A DNA stretch of 63,801 nt, counting the filler, from Asterionella formosa (lineage: Eukaryota): NCBI GenBank assembly GCA_002256025.1. It is 12 parts of 12 records of this genome, joined end to end, with 100 filler letters (N's around TTAATTAATTAA, not from the genome) between each part and the next. Parts side by side here need not be neighbours in the genome. Positions count along the whole stretch, not along the records: positions 24,156 to 48,184 come from NKIB01002330.1; 11 more parts are not named here. One strand, given 5' to 3'. Both the position numbers and the translations under genes were made by a program. How positions within the stretch are numbered: position 1 is the first letter of the stretch; every line of letters begins with the position of its first letter. Under the pieces are notes generated by a model, which searched no databases, was not told where the DNA came from, and was given only the letters and a program-made list of their open reading frames with translations. Positions 24,373 through 38,101 of the stretch are shown in pieces.

Positions 24373-26379
24373 ATGGTAAACAGGCGATACGGCGGTCTAG
24401 CATGGTCCCCATTGGGTACCTTCAACTTACGTATTGGTAGTCAGCCTCTGATCCTCGTCCTTATTGTGAGTCTTGTGTTGTTTGAGACCCACATAGTATT
24501 CTTCTATTTCCAAGGGGAATGCGGCGAGATCCACAGTGGACATTTCCTCCACCAGAGGCAGGAACTATCAGAGCAGTCACCATTTCTGTCCATCGCAGAA
24601 AATGCTGAAAAGAAAGTCCAAAGTTCCCCTGTCGAGAATGATTCACCAAGACCGAACTGGAAAGTATCCACGGATTGCTCAATATTCGCTTTGGATTGTC
24701 AGATCCAAAGGAAGTATGCGCCATATCCCTTTGACTTTTGGAACACAAGTTCGTTCCCGGAAATGGATGTAAAAGACATAACGAATATGCTACAAACTCA
24801 AAGAACAAATAATTCCATTGCAGAAGCACTAGAAAATCAATTACCACAATCTGTCTCGAAGGACGAAGAAGAAGAATGTCTCAAATATTCAAGGGAGACA
24901 CCCTTCAACCGTCAACTCGATGAAATGCTGAAGAAGCTTTCTCGGTCATCCAGTAATGCACTAGTTGCATATACAATGTCAGATATTGGATATGCCAAGG
25001 AAATGATCCACGATGTGTTTGCCATGGCTCACAATGTTGTGGGCTTTCCAAACAGTTTCTTCATGGTGGCCATTGACGATGCCACTTTGGAATTAGGGTG
25101 TCGATATAACTACCCAATCCTTCCATCTCCCCATTCTGGAGGGCTAGAAGAACGAGTGAAATTCACCAAATTTCAAGTTTCATTGGATTTGTTGAGACTT
25201 GGACAGAACTTTTTGTTTTTTGAAATGGATGTATGGTTTTTCCGATCCATGCTGCCATTCCTTCAAAATCAATTTGGTGATATACTTGTGAGTTCGCATC
25301 AAAACAATCCATTGCAAATGAATATTGGTGTGTATTCTGTCAGTGCCAATGATGCTACTTGTGAATATTTTCAGCATTGTCTGGATGTTGCTGCGAAGGT
25401 TGACATACATGACCAACTGTTGATGCAACACCTGAATATAGTTAGTGGGTACCAGGAAAGGGGAACAATTGCACCCCCAAAATTTCCCAATGTAACCTTT
25501 CAGCACTATATTCACATTGAAACGTTGGGCGCTAATGAAATTTCTGCTTCTGAATGGCCTAGGTTAACTGTTGACACAATTGCAATTCACCCCCTTGCCA
25601 CTGTACCCCTCACAGGCTCCCATGGTAAGATACAAATCGCCAAGGAACTTGGTGTCTACTATGGATCACATGGCTATTATTCATCAGAAGGACGCTACCT
25701 TTGGCTGGATCGATCAGACAATTCTTATTCCATGGTTCTGAATTTTCAACACAAAGATTGGGGTCTTTATCATGATGGTCAAGCAATGAAGTGGACCATT
25801 GCTACACTAATTGCCATTGCAAAAAAAACCAATCGCATTTGGGTGCTCCCTAAAATTCAAGCAGATATTGGCAGACACTTTCTTTGGAGACTTTTGGACC
25901 TGAAGACTGTCGAGGAATTGGGAGTAGAGGTTCGGGAAACAAACTTTTTAAGTAACCCAAAGCTATCGAAATTTCCATCGGTGAGCAGAACTGCTGTTGG
26001 AGAAGGAAAGATGTTTTGGCAAGAAGATGATAAGGTACCATATGTTTGGAAAATTGATGAAGATGATCAAATGGATACATGGTTCTCTTTACTAACTCGA
26101 ATTGAATCAAAAGCATTGTTGGTGAATCCACATGTTGTGGGCACTAAGTGGCAAGATCGATTCCTCATTCAACAATCGAAGGTGGAGATGGAACTTACCC
26201 CTATGGAGGAAGAGATTTATAAGGTTTATAAAATTCTTAAATGGTGCAACTTTGATTGCCGAACGAAGGCGGGCAAAAATTGCTGGGAAGATTGGTCATC
26301 CGAGATTTGGAATCAACAGCGCCTCAGTGGAGCAAGAGCTATCCATGACTGTTATGGCAAGGGAATCTTGACTGGGTGA
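24373..26379 (+). CDS. Nucleotide-diphospho-sugar transferase (GT77-like), type II membrane protein
   Basis: 668-aa ORF; N-terminal TM (LILVLIVSLVLF); FFMVAIDD..C, LLRLGQNFLFFEMDVWF (DxD-equivalent), MNIGVY and HDQ motifs. Confidence 0.75.
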   Translation: MVNRRYGGLAWSPLGTFNLRIGSQPLILVLIVSLVLFETHIVFFYFQGECGEIHSGHFLHQRQELSEQSPFLSIAENAEKKVQSSPVENDSPRPNWKVSTDCSIFALDCQIQRKYAPYPFDFWNTSSFPEMDVKDITNMLQTQRTNNSIAEALENQLPQSVSKDEEEECLKYSRETPFNRQLDEMLKKLSRSSSNALVAYTMSDIGYAKEMIHDVFAMAHNVVGFPNSFFMVAIDDATLELGCRYNYPILPSPHSGGLEERVKFTKFQVSLDLLRLGQNFLFFEMDVWFFRSMLPFLQNQFGDILVSSHQNNPLQMNIGVYSVSANDATCEYFQHCLDVAAKVDIHDQLLMQHLNIVSGYQERGTIAPPKFPNVTFQHYIHIETLGANEISASEWPRLTVDTIAIHPLATVPLTGSHGKIQIAKELGVYYGSHGYYSSEGRYLWLDRSDNSYSMVLNFQHKDWGLYHDGQAMKWTIATLIAIAKKTNRIWVLPKIQADIGRHFLWRLLDLKTVEELGVEVRETNFLSNPKLSKFPSVSRTAVGEGKMFWQEDDKVPYVWKIDEDDQMDTWFSLLTRIESKALLVNPHVVGTKWQDRFLIQQSKVEMELTPMEEEIYKVYKILKWCNFDCRTKAGKNCWEDWSSEIWNQQRLSGARAIHDCYGKGILTG

Positions 26380-29300
26380 AATGAAAAAAATTTATGAACA
26401 TCATTCAGCTAGTAGTTACTTCTGTCATTCCTATCAAGGTCACACATGGTGTAACACCTGTGTGTCAAATGGTGATGAAGCTCACCAGAGATTTCCGCAT
26501 ATTACTATTTAGGTGCACCCTGATGGCATGCCTGCCTAGAAAATCAAGAATACCTCTTCTTGTTAACTTTATGTTACTGATACTAATTATTATTATTCTA
26601 ACACAATCCTACGGTATGTGGATACATTAGTACCGGTATATCACCCTTCTGGCCGGCGTCCGGTTCCTACACACGAACAGACAGGATTACCTATAGCAAA
26701 TCACCATAGTGGAAGCCCTGCCAAACGACGGCGTTTAGCAAGAACCAAACGGCCAATAATGCAGCAGTACCTGGTACCAACCACAACTAACAAAATCTTC
26801 AAAACTGCAGAACGAATGGGTCACTATAAGCACAAGGTCACTATAAGCACAACGATTGCACAAGTTCCGATTGCCGCTCTGGTACAGCGAATGGCCGCAA
26901 AGCAGCGACTCCCCAGCTCAAAGCATAGCCACGATTCGAATGGCGGCGTCTACCGGCGACGATGTTACAACTATAATGGACTAACAGGTCCATCAGCAAC
27001 CGATACGATTCCAAAACTTTGGAATAAACTATGCAACACATGCATGGGTGATTAATGCAAGCCGTGCTACTGCTCACCAAACTTATGACCTTTTTACCAA
27101 AATTCTACCAATGATGGAATCAACAACGGTGGGTTATTTGATTTCGCATCGAAATAAGACCACAAAGATGTAGCCCAGTTTTATTCTCTGCAAAAGTGGA
27201 TTCTCACATTATTTCATTCAAAGTTAATGGAGGGATTCAAGGATATCAACACCCCTCTTTCACTTCAGGGAACCACAACATGTCGTTTCGGAAACTCATG
27301 TTGCAGGTGTTGGATAAATCTGGAAAATGTCTACTTCTGGATGCGGATTATTCTTCCAATGTGCGTCCCCTGCTGATCTTTCCCAAAGATCATGAACAAG
27401 AGGCATATTTGCGTGCTAAGAAATTAAATGGTCTAATTTCTCTGTAATACAAGGAAGAAACTCCGGCGGCATTTCAGATGCATCAAGTTCCACTGGGGGG
27501 GAGGGTGTGCAACAACACAATTAAGAATCGCAAAGAAGTAAATGCATTATTTCTTGGTCTTGCTGCACCATTGTCATACATGACCAAGCAAATTCCTGTC
27601 AAATACGTTCACTTGAAGGGGAGGACATCAGCACAAACACCAAAAGCATCGACAACAGGTCAAACCAATCAAAATCATGGGCAAAGGTGGCGGTGGGATC
27701 ACAATCTAATGCAACAGCAATGACGTCTGACTCCACTGCAAATACTCTTTCAAGAACTCAGGCTCTGGAACAGAAATTACACCAAATGATGGAGCAAGCG
27801 ACAAAACTGATCCAACAACATGATGCAGGATATTCATTCATCGGTTTTCTACATTTCTCTCCCTCCAAGAATTAGCATCCAAACAAGCTGACCAGATGTC
27901 TAAAACAGTAGAGAATCTAGTCAAAGCGCTGCAAATGTGCAAATGTAAGGGATACTCCCTGGTCATCCACATGACCACACCACTCATTCATCCACTGGAT
28001 AGCAGTCGGAGATCCCACTTCATGTGCCAGGAGTCAATATGTATCTGGAGTATCCTCCGCTTCCCCGACCAATGGATCTTCCTCAACCTCCTGCTTATCT
28101 GGCAGCAGTAAGTCAGGCCAAGCCGGCAGCTAACTACTCCTCAAACAGCAGCAGTGAGTCCATCTGCCCTGCACAGATCAGTAGACTAAAACTATGAATC
28201 TCAAGGTAATCAAAGCAGATCAAACCTATATTTGAAATAAATTAATCATCTGGTGGTACATTAGAGAGTCCTGGAAACAGGCAGTTGTCCATATCCAGGA
28301 GGACAAACAGAAAACCAATATAGTCGGAACAAGTAGGTCAAAAGTTGTGACCAAGAATCAAATCTGGTTGCTCACTATAAATGGCTGGAAGGAGAGAAAT
28401 GAGGCCCTCCACAGGCACAGTAGCTCCAATATTGCTCAATCAGCTATAGATCCTTGAGCATCCAGAAATTTTCACCTTTCTCTGCTAGATACATGCCAGT
28501 GTCACCACTTTTGTTGGGCTGATCCCAGCCATCTATGTCGCCCAGGGGCGCCATGCGATCTATTCTATCCCAGTAGTAGTATAGTTTTAAGACGCCATAA
28601 AAATGAACTTAAATATATTATTATTATTCTACAAATAAAATTACCAGAATTTGCTTTGACATGTTCATTCCACTGATATTTCCCATGCACATAATGCAGC
28701 CTACCATAATCATTGACAAAATGCCAGACGGGATGACAAATGAGTCAGTTGATAATTGCAAACTCTATTCGTCATTATTTTCAAGTCCATTGCGGCTATG
28801 TTTATGTATACACATCGATGCATCATCATGTAGAAGTGACATGCATTATCTAGATGTCAGCAACAGGGTGAAGCTGCCTATACTACTCTAGGAGTAGCAG
28901 TAAACAAAATAGGCCTGACACAACCATGATTTGCAAGATTAACACTCTATCATATGATGTAGATTGCTCATCATATTTACTGCTGCTGCATTTGTAAATT
29001 TGCTCAGGCGCTACGTCATTTCCTGGTTTGATTTTGAATTTGAAATTTATTAGGCGCCATATCAAATCTATTTTTGTAAGAGCATATGGCTAGCAAACGA
29101 AGAATTTAAAAAATCATATAATTCTTAGCTTGTCCACCTTTTCTTGCAAATCTATTTTGATTGTTCTAGTATGATGGCCAGTGGCTGTATCCAATAAGAT
29201 TTTTGGCAAGTTTAATACTCATGTTGTTGTTAAAAAAATTTGTTTCCCACAATGCTTTGAGAACCAATTGTTGGGTGCAATTCCTATTTTCCGTGCTGTC

Positions 29301-31619
29301 TTGCACTTTTTCGCCTGGTGTCCCATAAAAAGTGCGTTGTCCCATACAAGCACCATTTGTCCACTCAAAAATTTTCATAGCTATGCGACAGCTACCTTTC
29401 ATAGGAACAATGCACCTAATTTTCTATCAAAACTAGTTAAGCACAAGCCTTCTTGGGTTATAGCGCTATGAACAAGTGAAAAAATGTATTGAAATATGAA
29501 ATAATGAATGAGGAGAACTGTATAGCTAACTGAAATTTTGAGATCAGGAATGATGTGGAACACTTTCGACAGATTCTTGTTTCCCTGCTGGTAGCTGCTT
29601 GCTTTGTTGGTTGCATTGATTGAGTTTATTTTTATTGTTTTCTGTGAGTGTAGCAACAATCAGGGAATCACAGTTGCGAAAGAAAGGAAAATAGTCCCAA
29701 TTTTCAAAAAGTTAATTTTTCTGCACTATCTTACTAGTATACAAAAGGATTTCAAGCATGGAGGTGATGACGGGGATAATGAAATAGGGAGTGGTGATCA
29801 AACTATGGAATATTTTGCAGTAAGTTGCTATGCACATATGATAACCATTGAATATACTGGTATATGGAAGGGTGCTTCAATTCTCGTTGCTTATGAAAGG
29901 GATAGTGATGTGTTCAATTATCTTTCCCACAAATATTCGAATGGCGGCCATTGTAAATCAGCAGCTATTTGTACATAAATATACATCTACCCAACAGATG
30001 TATTTACAGGTATATACTAGGCAAATAAATCTTAATTTACGCTCCTATTGAAATTCGAATTCATTGGAGTATGTGGAGTCGCACTAGAGCCCATAGCTAT
30101 GCTGGGCACCAAGGGAATAGGGAAATAGGATTGAGGGTGAGCCCATTGTAGGACGCTTAAGGGTTGCAGACTGGGAAAAAATCTGAGATGTTTCGAGTAA
30201 CAAGGTCGAGGAGCCCATAATGGGGCTCATGAAGGTTTTGGAATCATGTTTAGAACAGTAAAGGGGAAAGCAGGCAGAGAACAGAGAGAGAAGGCCAATC
30301 AAGAAATAGAACGCAAATATCATGAAAACTCCAGGGCCATTTTTGGAGAATTGTTGAGAATCCGGAATTGGAAGAATCAATTATGGGGGTAACCTGATGA
30401 AGTCATATTAAGAGAGCAAGAGAGAATGGTCTTGGGAGACGCAGAAAGTACATTTGGCGAGGACATTTCAATTAATTTTCTTGAATGGAGCTACTTGGTA
30501 GGCATTCGCCAGGATGAAATGTAGGACAGCAAAACAATGTGAGAGCGCGGCACCTGCTGGTTGAATCCGGAGGCCAGAGAACATGCAGGATGAGTCGAGG
30601 TAGGATCAGCAACAATATGTGGGTGGGTTGGATCAATATGAAATGACTCAGTGATTGGATACAATGGTCAGGGCGGCTGTTCGGTTTTCTTTTACTGAAA
30701 TTCGTTGTCTTTTTCGGAATTTGGCAGGCGTTGAAGGCTAGCTAGGAAGGGAGCTTCTTCTTATTTCGCATGGTATTGAAGGAATCAAAGAGCAACAGAT
30801 AGTAGTAGAATGATAGAGGATGGGGGAAGGATGCTGAATGGTGCTGGAAGTAGGCAGCTATAGTAGTAGACAAGTGGGCAAGGGTAGTATACAGCGCCAT
30901 GAACAGGTATGTCAAGCCATCTTTAGTACTTGGTGCATTTTTGTGGAGTTTCGACAAGAGTGAAGAGTTTATTATCGTCTATAGAAGGGTCTTGGAGGGG
31001 CAGCAGTGGATCTTGCCTCATCCAACAATGCAATGGTGGAGGCGGAAATTTCTGCAGCAGTGTGTAGGGAATTGCCAGTACCAGTGTAGCGTTAAAAGCT
31101 TCATGCTCCTTCCCGCACGCAGGTATCCCCCTGCGTAGTGCTTCCTGTTGTATTATTAGTAATTAAACCTATCGTTGCTAGTCTTCGCTATTGACCTTTC
31201 TCTGTCAATTCTCACTCACTTTTTCTTAAACTAAAAAGCTTACTCAAAAACCTAAATTCAATACCATTGATCACACTTTGTGAACCTGGTCTTCGTGTTG
31301 CCTTTTCGTTGATGCAAACCTTCTTCTGATTGATCTAAAATATCAATCTCATTAGCTAGTTTCTTGACATGGGAATGCTCCATTTGATTCATTGGACTAC
31401 AATCGAGTCCATAATTCTCGTGACTAATAGCAGCCATTGATACTATATTCTTGAGATCCTCCTCATTACCATGTCAAAGAAGCCCCAAAATAGTATCTTA
31501 CAGTACATATGAATTTGTTCCTTCACGTTCTTGGTCATAATGATGTCTGCCAGGTTGTTTTCAGATCCTATAAAACAGTACCTACTAACTCACCCTTTCT
31601 ATCATTTTCTTGACGTGGT

Positions 31620-34300
31620 ATTACTATGTTCGACCATGTACACGCAGAAATCCAAAGCAATAGTATGCGTCTAGGAGAACACATCACTGGGATCAGTGAT
31701 GCAAATGTTAATTGGAGAAATTTTGCAGTCCGTGATAAACATGAAACTAAAATGTCGAAGGGATGATATACAAAAATGAATTTCAACCATGCATTTTGCA
31801 ATCGGGTCCGACACGAGGGGGAGTAAGTATGATGTGCACACCAAGATTTCACTCTAAATATCTTGAACAAGGTTCGGATCAAGATTTGGGAAGATGGATG
31901 TGGATGCGATTCAAAGGGAATGACAATTATAATTTAGTGATACTTACGGCAAAACAGCAAGTAAGTCAGAAAACTCATGCCGGTCTTGGGATTGGAGACG
32001 GCATATATGCAGCAATCGTGGAGAAAACTTGCAATCCACGAAGTCAGTTTTGGGTGAATTTAAGCCATCAAATTCAACTATGATCATCTCATGCCGATGA
32101 AATAATTCTCATGATGGATACAAATGCGGACTATGCTGACGATGAATTTTCTCAGCTCCCGGAATCAACACACCAGTTAGTGGACCTTCATGAAGATTTG
32201 CACCTGACATCTCCACCTGCAACATACTAAAGAGGGAATCGGAAATCGGATTACATCCTTGACACGGCAAAAATTTCAGCTACTGTTTCCAAAGGAGGCT
32301 TTACTACCTTTGACGATGGTAAAAATTTTCAGACCACAGGGCTTTATTTACTGACTTAAAAGCAAGAGAGCAAGATTTTTACTCCTGATAAAGGTTATGA
32401 CTCGACAGCAAGGAACACCGAGGCTTGCACGCCAAAAATAAAGAACAAACCAGCCAGCTGACCAAATAGACAACCAGGTTACAAGCAGTTTTACATGCAG
32501 AAAAGAAAACGTCACGGAAAAGCTTTGGGTATGGGTGGTCCCTAGTGCTAACATCAGCAGGAAATGAAGTAACTTTTTGGAAAAACTGCTTAGAACATTT
32601 TAAAGCAGGGAAAGGTCCATCTGGGTACACTACATTGAGCAAGCGCCAAACACACGGATCGATAACACCAGTTTCGGATATTCATGTCTACGAAATAAAA
32701 TTGAAGACACGTCGTTGAAGTTGAACCTAGTCCAAGATAACTCGAGATTTCTCTGCAAACAATGTTTGATGAGAAGGTTGCAGAAAGAAAAGCCACGTGG
32801 ACAGAAATCAATTTGGAAAAATTGCGCGCAATTTATTCGGCGGAATAGATGACTAATCTTTGGCCCATATTAAGGAGATATGCAAAAGAGGAAATTCGTA
32901 CCGGTCTAAATGGAATCGAGAAATCGATGTATGACGAGACTGGCGAAATAATAGATTTTAAAACAATCACAGATCCGAGCAAAATGTTCAGCCAATTAGC
33001 TACTTCAAAGAAATATACAACATTTTGCTACAGCCAGTCACACTCCATTTGTCAAAGGTCAATGAGGCAGCAGGGAACAACCTTTTCAATTAAATAATTG
33101 TTCATACTCAATCTTCAAGGGCATGGCGAACTCAGCGGACTTCGATTTAAATGCAGCAATTGTCACGTGTATTCAAGAAATGGCATACACTACAGCAGAG
33201 AATGGAATAGATTCGGTCTCATCTTTGATCTCTATTGAAGACTATAGATCTAGGTTCCGAAAGGTTTCCGAGAAGACATAATCTTCCCCAAGTGGGAGAA
33301 ACCTAGCAGAGCATTACCGTGCATCACTGACATCTGATTCGATTTGCTTTGTATATTCTACTTTGATGACATAACCAATTGAACATGGGTTTACTCTGGC
33401 CAGATGGACAAATGCTTTATAAGTGATGTTGGAGAAAGGTTGCAGGTGCACCGCATTTGGATAAACTCAGGGCTATTCAGTTATTGTTGGAAGCGAATTT
33501 AAATATGATGGTTCTACGCATTGTCTTTGATCGGCGAATAATACATCGTGCAGAGGATCGCAAAACAATATCACCACTACAATGGGGTTCTCGCCCAAAT
33601 CGATCCTCCCTCAACGTTATACTCATGAAAAGGCTGACATCGACGGGGTCAGAATTTGCAAGAAGGCTGCCATAATTTTTAACAACGATGGGAAAGCCGC
33701 TTTCGATTGGATGATTCAATCGGTGGGTGCGATCGCATTAAGAAGATTGGGAGCAAGTGAAAATTCGGTTTTTCCACTGTTAAAACGTTGGAAAACATGA
33801 AATATATGGTTTGCACAGCACTTGGTATATCAGGTGAATCATATTCCAACATGCAAGAGTAGGTTTTAGGGACCCTACAGAGATCGGGTGAATCTCCATG
33901 TTTATGGTTGGACATAACATACATTTTGCTGGGAGCAATCGCTAAGCGGCATTCTCCTGGCATGTCTTTATCGAACCCCAGGGGAACGAAAACTCAGACC
34001 CATACAACAGAAAGTTACATTGGCGGTACAGAATTGATACTCTCTATGGAAAATACCAGACTAACCAACATTGTGGCAGAAATACAGGAAATTGCCCAGT
34101 TTTGGGAACAATTACTGTTCACGACTGGGGGTGCTGTGGCATTGGAGAAATGTTTTTTCTTTGCTATGGATTGGAATTAAACACAAGATGAATACTCTTT
34201 AGTAAACAAAGATGAGTCAAAAGTCGAAATAAAGTTAACTTCTGGAGATGACTATACAAACTACATGATGAATCCACAAAAGGAAGCTCAAGACCAACTA
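31620..34300 (+). mobile_element. Decayed non-LTR retrotransposon ORF2 (AP endonuclease plus reverse transcriptase; Ambal-like)
   Basis: Fragments GGVSMM..DLGRWMWMRFKG, SSPSG, DKLRAIQL, QWGSRPNR, NDGKAAFD, GTLQRSGESPCLW, AQFWEQLLFTTGGAVALEKC, broken by many stops and frameshifts; possible ORF1 remnants at ~26900-28100. Confidence 0.8.
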
Positions 34301-37024
34301 TGGTGGCTGGCCTGGCGGCTGTGGAAGTATAAAATCATAAAGAGCCTATGCGTAAATAAGGCAACCTACCATTTAAGAGTCTAGCTTGGATCATGGATTC
34401 CACAGGTTTACAAACATCAGAAATTAAGTCTTCACATGGAACCGATGAACCGACACTTAATAAAACAAACAAAGGAGGGTATATACCTTGTACATTCCCA
34501 ATGTCAGTGGATTGAATCAGTTGATTTGGCAGTCAACGTGGCGTGGTACAGTACACATGCTGTAGGAATTATCGATGGAGCTCGGCTTTGCATTGCTATA
34601 TTATGGCAACGAAACCAAGGACGGCACCCCAGGATTAGGAGAAACAGAAATGAAAGTGTGAAGGTGTCTATAAATTTTTAGTCAGTTTAAATGTACTTTA
34701 AATCTTAATTTGAAACAAAAGTCTATTGCTTTCTTATTGTGGTGATACTCGATATCAATATGCTTCGTTCATGTTCTAATCTGTTGATTTTTCGCCTTAG
34801 AAATAGCTCCAGTATTATCCTCACGTTAGAATGCTTGGTAGGATATTTTTACAACCAGTTATTTCGTTAAGGTTGCAACCCCGCAGTTACACATTGCAAG
34901 GTCTGTATTTTCCCAAAATAAATTTTTGTGATAAACCTCAATCCACGCAATAGGTAAAACTAAATAAAATTGTTAAAAGTAAATTATGCTTTCACCAATA
35001 GCACTACTTTGCATATGCTTAGATACAGTCGTTGGTCGACTTAAGGTTGTTATTTTCTATATTCAGATATGGTAAGGACATCATTTCTGGAGAGATAGTG
35101 CAGTTATTTATCGTAGACTCGTAACTATTCCAAAAAATAGTCAAAAAGGGGCTATCAAACACAGTAGAAAAATCTACGATACAGCCATATCTGAACTTTC
35201 TCTAAAGAAGTTAATTCCTGACGTTAAAGGGTACTTGGCTATCTATTTTAATCATCTTCATGAAAACCAGTAGATGTAGAGCAATCCTCCTCCAAAAAGT
35301 CGACCCAATCGGCTTTTTCAACAGTTGCCAAAATATTGGAATCTCAAATTGTACCTTCGAAAAATTTCTCGTAGTCTAGTAGGCCTAGGAATAGGAGTGT
35401 TGTGAAGATATATTTGCCAGCATAATTCTCTGTCCGAAAAGACTCGCTCCATGGTAAGTTCCCGCCTCACAACACATATTCTGATTGGTTGCATTGAATT
35501 TACTAATTTACTCACCTGCTCCAGATTGGCTGGAGTCTACCAATCTTGTATAATCACGCTAGCCTCACTTGAACCACGTGTATTTGATCTACTGTATACT
35601 GGTAAGTAAAATCAGTACTACTGGTACCAGTAGTTTTCCCAGGTCCCCTACACTTTTTTACATAAAAGTGACCAAAAATGCATGATGAATTTGTCTGGGG
35701 AATTCGTGATTACTTTTTTGAATTAATATGTTACAAATCAATAATTATTTCCATCAATGAAAAAAAATTCCTAACTAAATTTCAGATGACTCTTTTTGCT
35801 TAGCAAAATGAAAATCGAAAATTTTAAACAATTTTATTATAATCATCAAAATCATCAGTAAATCAGGGTTGATTTCATGACATACTACTGGTACTGGTAC
35901 TCACTGCAATATAATCTCATCCTTTCGCACTGAAGCAGCATGTCTTCCTGGCGCCTCCTACTAACTAGCTAGGTGCGTCACCAAGGGAATCAGATTCTCA
36001 TCGACAACAAATTCGTCAAAGCTAAATGACTTTTGTCATAAGTGGAGATGTCGTAAATGAAGTTCATGTATGACAAATTCCCTGACAAGGAAGATGCTGC
36101 CGGTATCAAGCCAATGTTTTGACAGTTTCAGCAAGAATATTACCGCAACCTACGCATTTCTGGTCATTTCACGACCGGAGCTGGTAGTACTGATTTAGCT
36201 ATCTTTGTCCTTAGTATCTAAAATGTAGAATTACTGCAAGCTTATTTGCATGTGTGAGTTTCAGGAATTTGAGCTTCACATATTTCTACCCAAGACATTT
36301 CAAAAAGATCATGTCAAGAATGGAAGGTAACAGTTTTATGAGTCAGCAAGCTTATTTTTATCAGTATTGGATTGGTGGGGGTGAGTATTGTACTATTATA
36401 TGTCCATATCATTAAGTCATCATATTTACCGCAACTTTTGCTTGTTGCTGCCAGTACAGTTTCGGCTCCAGATAGCCTACTATTAAGCTCAAGAGCTTTC
36501 CCATGTGAATCCATCGGTCATGTAAGCGTGGATTTGCCATGCTCAACACTATATAGGTCATAGAAAAATGAAATGGTGTGCTCCTATGCTGCATGATGCA
36601 TTTACTGATAGCTGCTCATTGCGGTTAAGTTGATAAATCAAGCGGCAAAGGAGGTTGTAAAATTGTTGAGTAGTAAGCCAACAGAATATACAAACATGTT
36701 CGATGTGATTTCAACAAGGGCTTTTAGGAGCAAAATATTATATACAGTAGGGTCAGGGTTTTGCTAATCCTAGGCCGACGGGGTCTACCTCATCGCCCCA
36801 AAAATTGTGACCAGCCGCCCATATGTAGCTTGTGTAATAGTCCACATTAGGGCAATTGAAACGGAGAAAGTCGTAGGAGTCGAAATTGCCCCCGGAGAAA
36901 TTTTAAGAATTGCCGCAACTATACCAATTAACGAATCGTATCTCCGATGTTCCCTCATTTGAATAAAACTACCGGTCGCATATACAACGCTATCAATCTA
37001 CAATAGGCAAGACAATCAATCAGC

Positions 37025-37825
37025 ATGTCGACAGGATTTGGCCAATGGTACGAGGAGAAAAAGGCTGCGGAAGCTGGAGAATCTGCGAGCAGTAGCAACA
37101 GCAGCTGGTTTGGAGGAAGTGAGACGCTTTTACCGCTTGTTGGGGATTCCTCGCAAATGATGGACTTTTCCAGTATGAGAACTTCAATGGAGGCTGCCAT
37201 GCCACAGAAAGTTTTTGGGATGAACTATCAACAGCGCTTTCGAGTAAGTAGTGTTCCGGTAATGATGGGACTGAGATAAGAGCAAGAGTTTATCATCCTG
37301 ATCGTCCCTCCTACCTTCAGTTAAGTCGTGCTCACTTTTGCATTCATTTCATAAATAACGCAGATGTTTTGTGCCTTGCTCGTTCTCTCTGCACTGTTTT
37401 TCGCTCTAGGATTCAGTGTCGGCTTGCCTATGATTGCTATACGACCTCAAAAGTTTGCTCTCTGCTTCACATTTGGCTCCTTGACCTTTATGGCTTCCTT
37501 TGGCATTCTAGTGGGACCCAAGGAGCACATGACAGGCATGCTCACCTCAGCTCGACTGCCTTTCACTGTGCTGTACTTTGGAAGTATGTTGGCGACATTG
37601 TATTTTACCTTTAATGTGGGAGGAGCTACAGGATACCTTTTCGTCATTGGGGCATCCGGTGCTCAGTTGGTAGCTCTGTTGTGGTACTTGATTTCATTCT
37701 TGCCCGGAGGATCCACAGGACTGTCAATGCTCTTGTCAGCCATGGGGCGCATTTTAAAGCCTGTGGCTATTGCGTGCGCCAAGTTACAAGCTATGATTCT
37801 AAGTCGATGTTTAGGAATCAGCTGA
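37025..37825 (+). CDS. SFT2: SFT2/Got1-like vesicle transport membrane protein; exons 37025-37243 and 37364-37825
   Basis: FGMNYQQRFR|MFCALL; RPQKFALCFTFGSL; four hydrophobic helices; WYLISFLPGG; phase-0 intron GTAAGT...GCAG (37244-37363). Confidence 0.88.
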
Positions 37826-38101
37826 CTAGGACGCGGACGACAAGAATAAATTGAGCACGTGATGGAATCACGAAGTTCACTTGGACCGTCGTTCGACCAA
37901 GTAAAGAAACTATCAATGTAATTTATTAACATCGTGGCCATAAAATTTTCCGCTGGAGGAGCCTCCAAAATGGCCGATATCAGCAAACTCGGTTGATCTC
38001 CGTACAACATGATAGTTTACAGAAATCAGAAAAAAACCAGGAAGATCATATGTAGCGAATGCAGTAAGTTGAATATCTAGACATTTCTTTTAAGTTTGCG
38101 T

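Noticed and set aside
28560..31140. Short ORFs as genes
   Set aside because: Fragmented and without motifs; probably decayed repeats that I cannot assign
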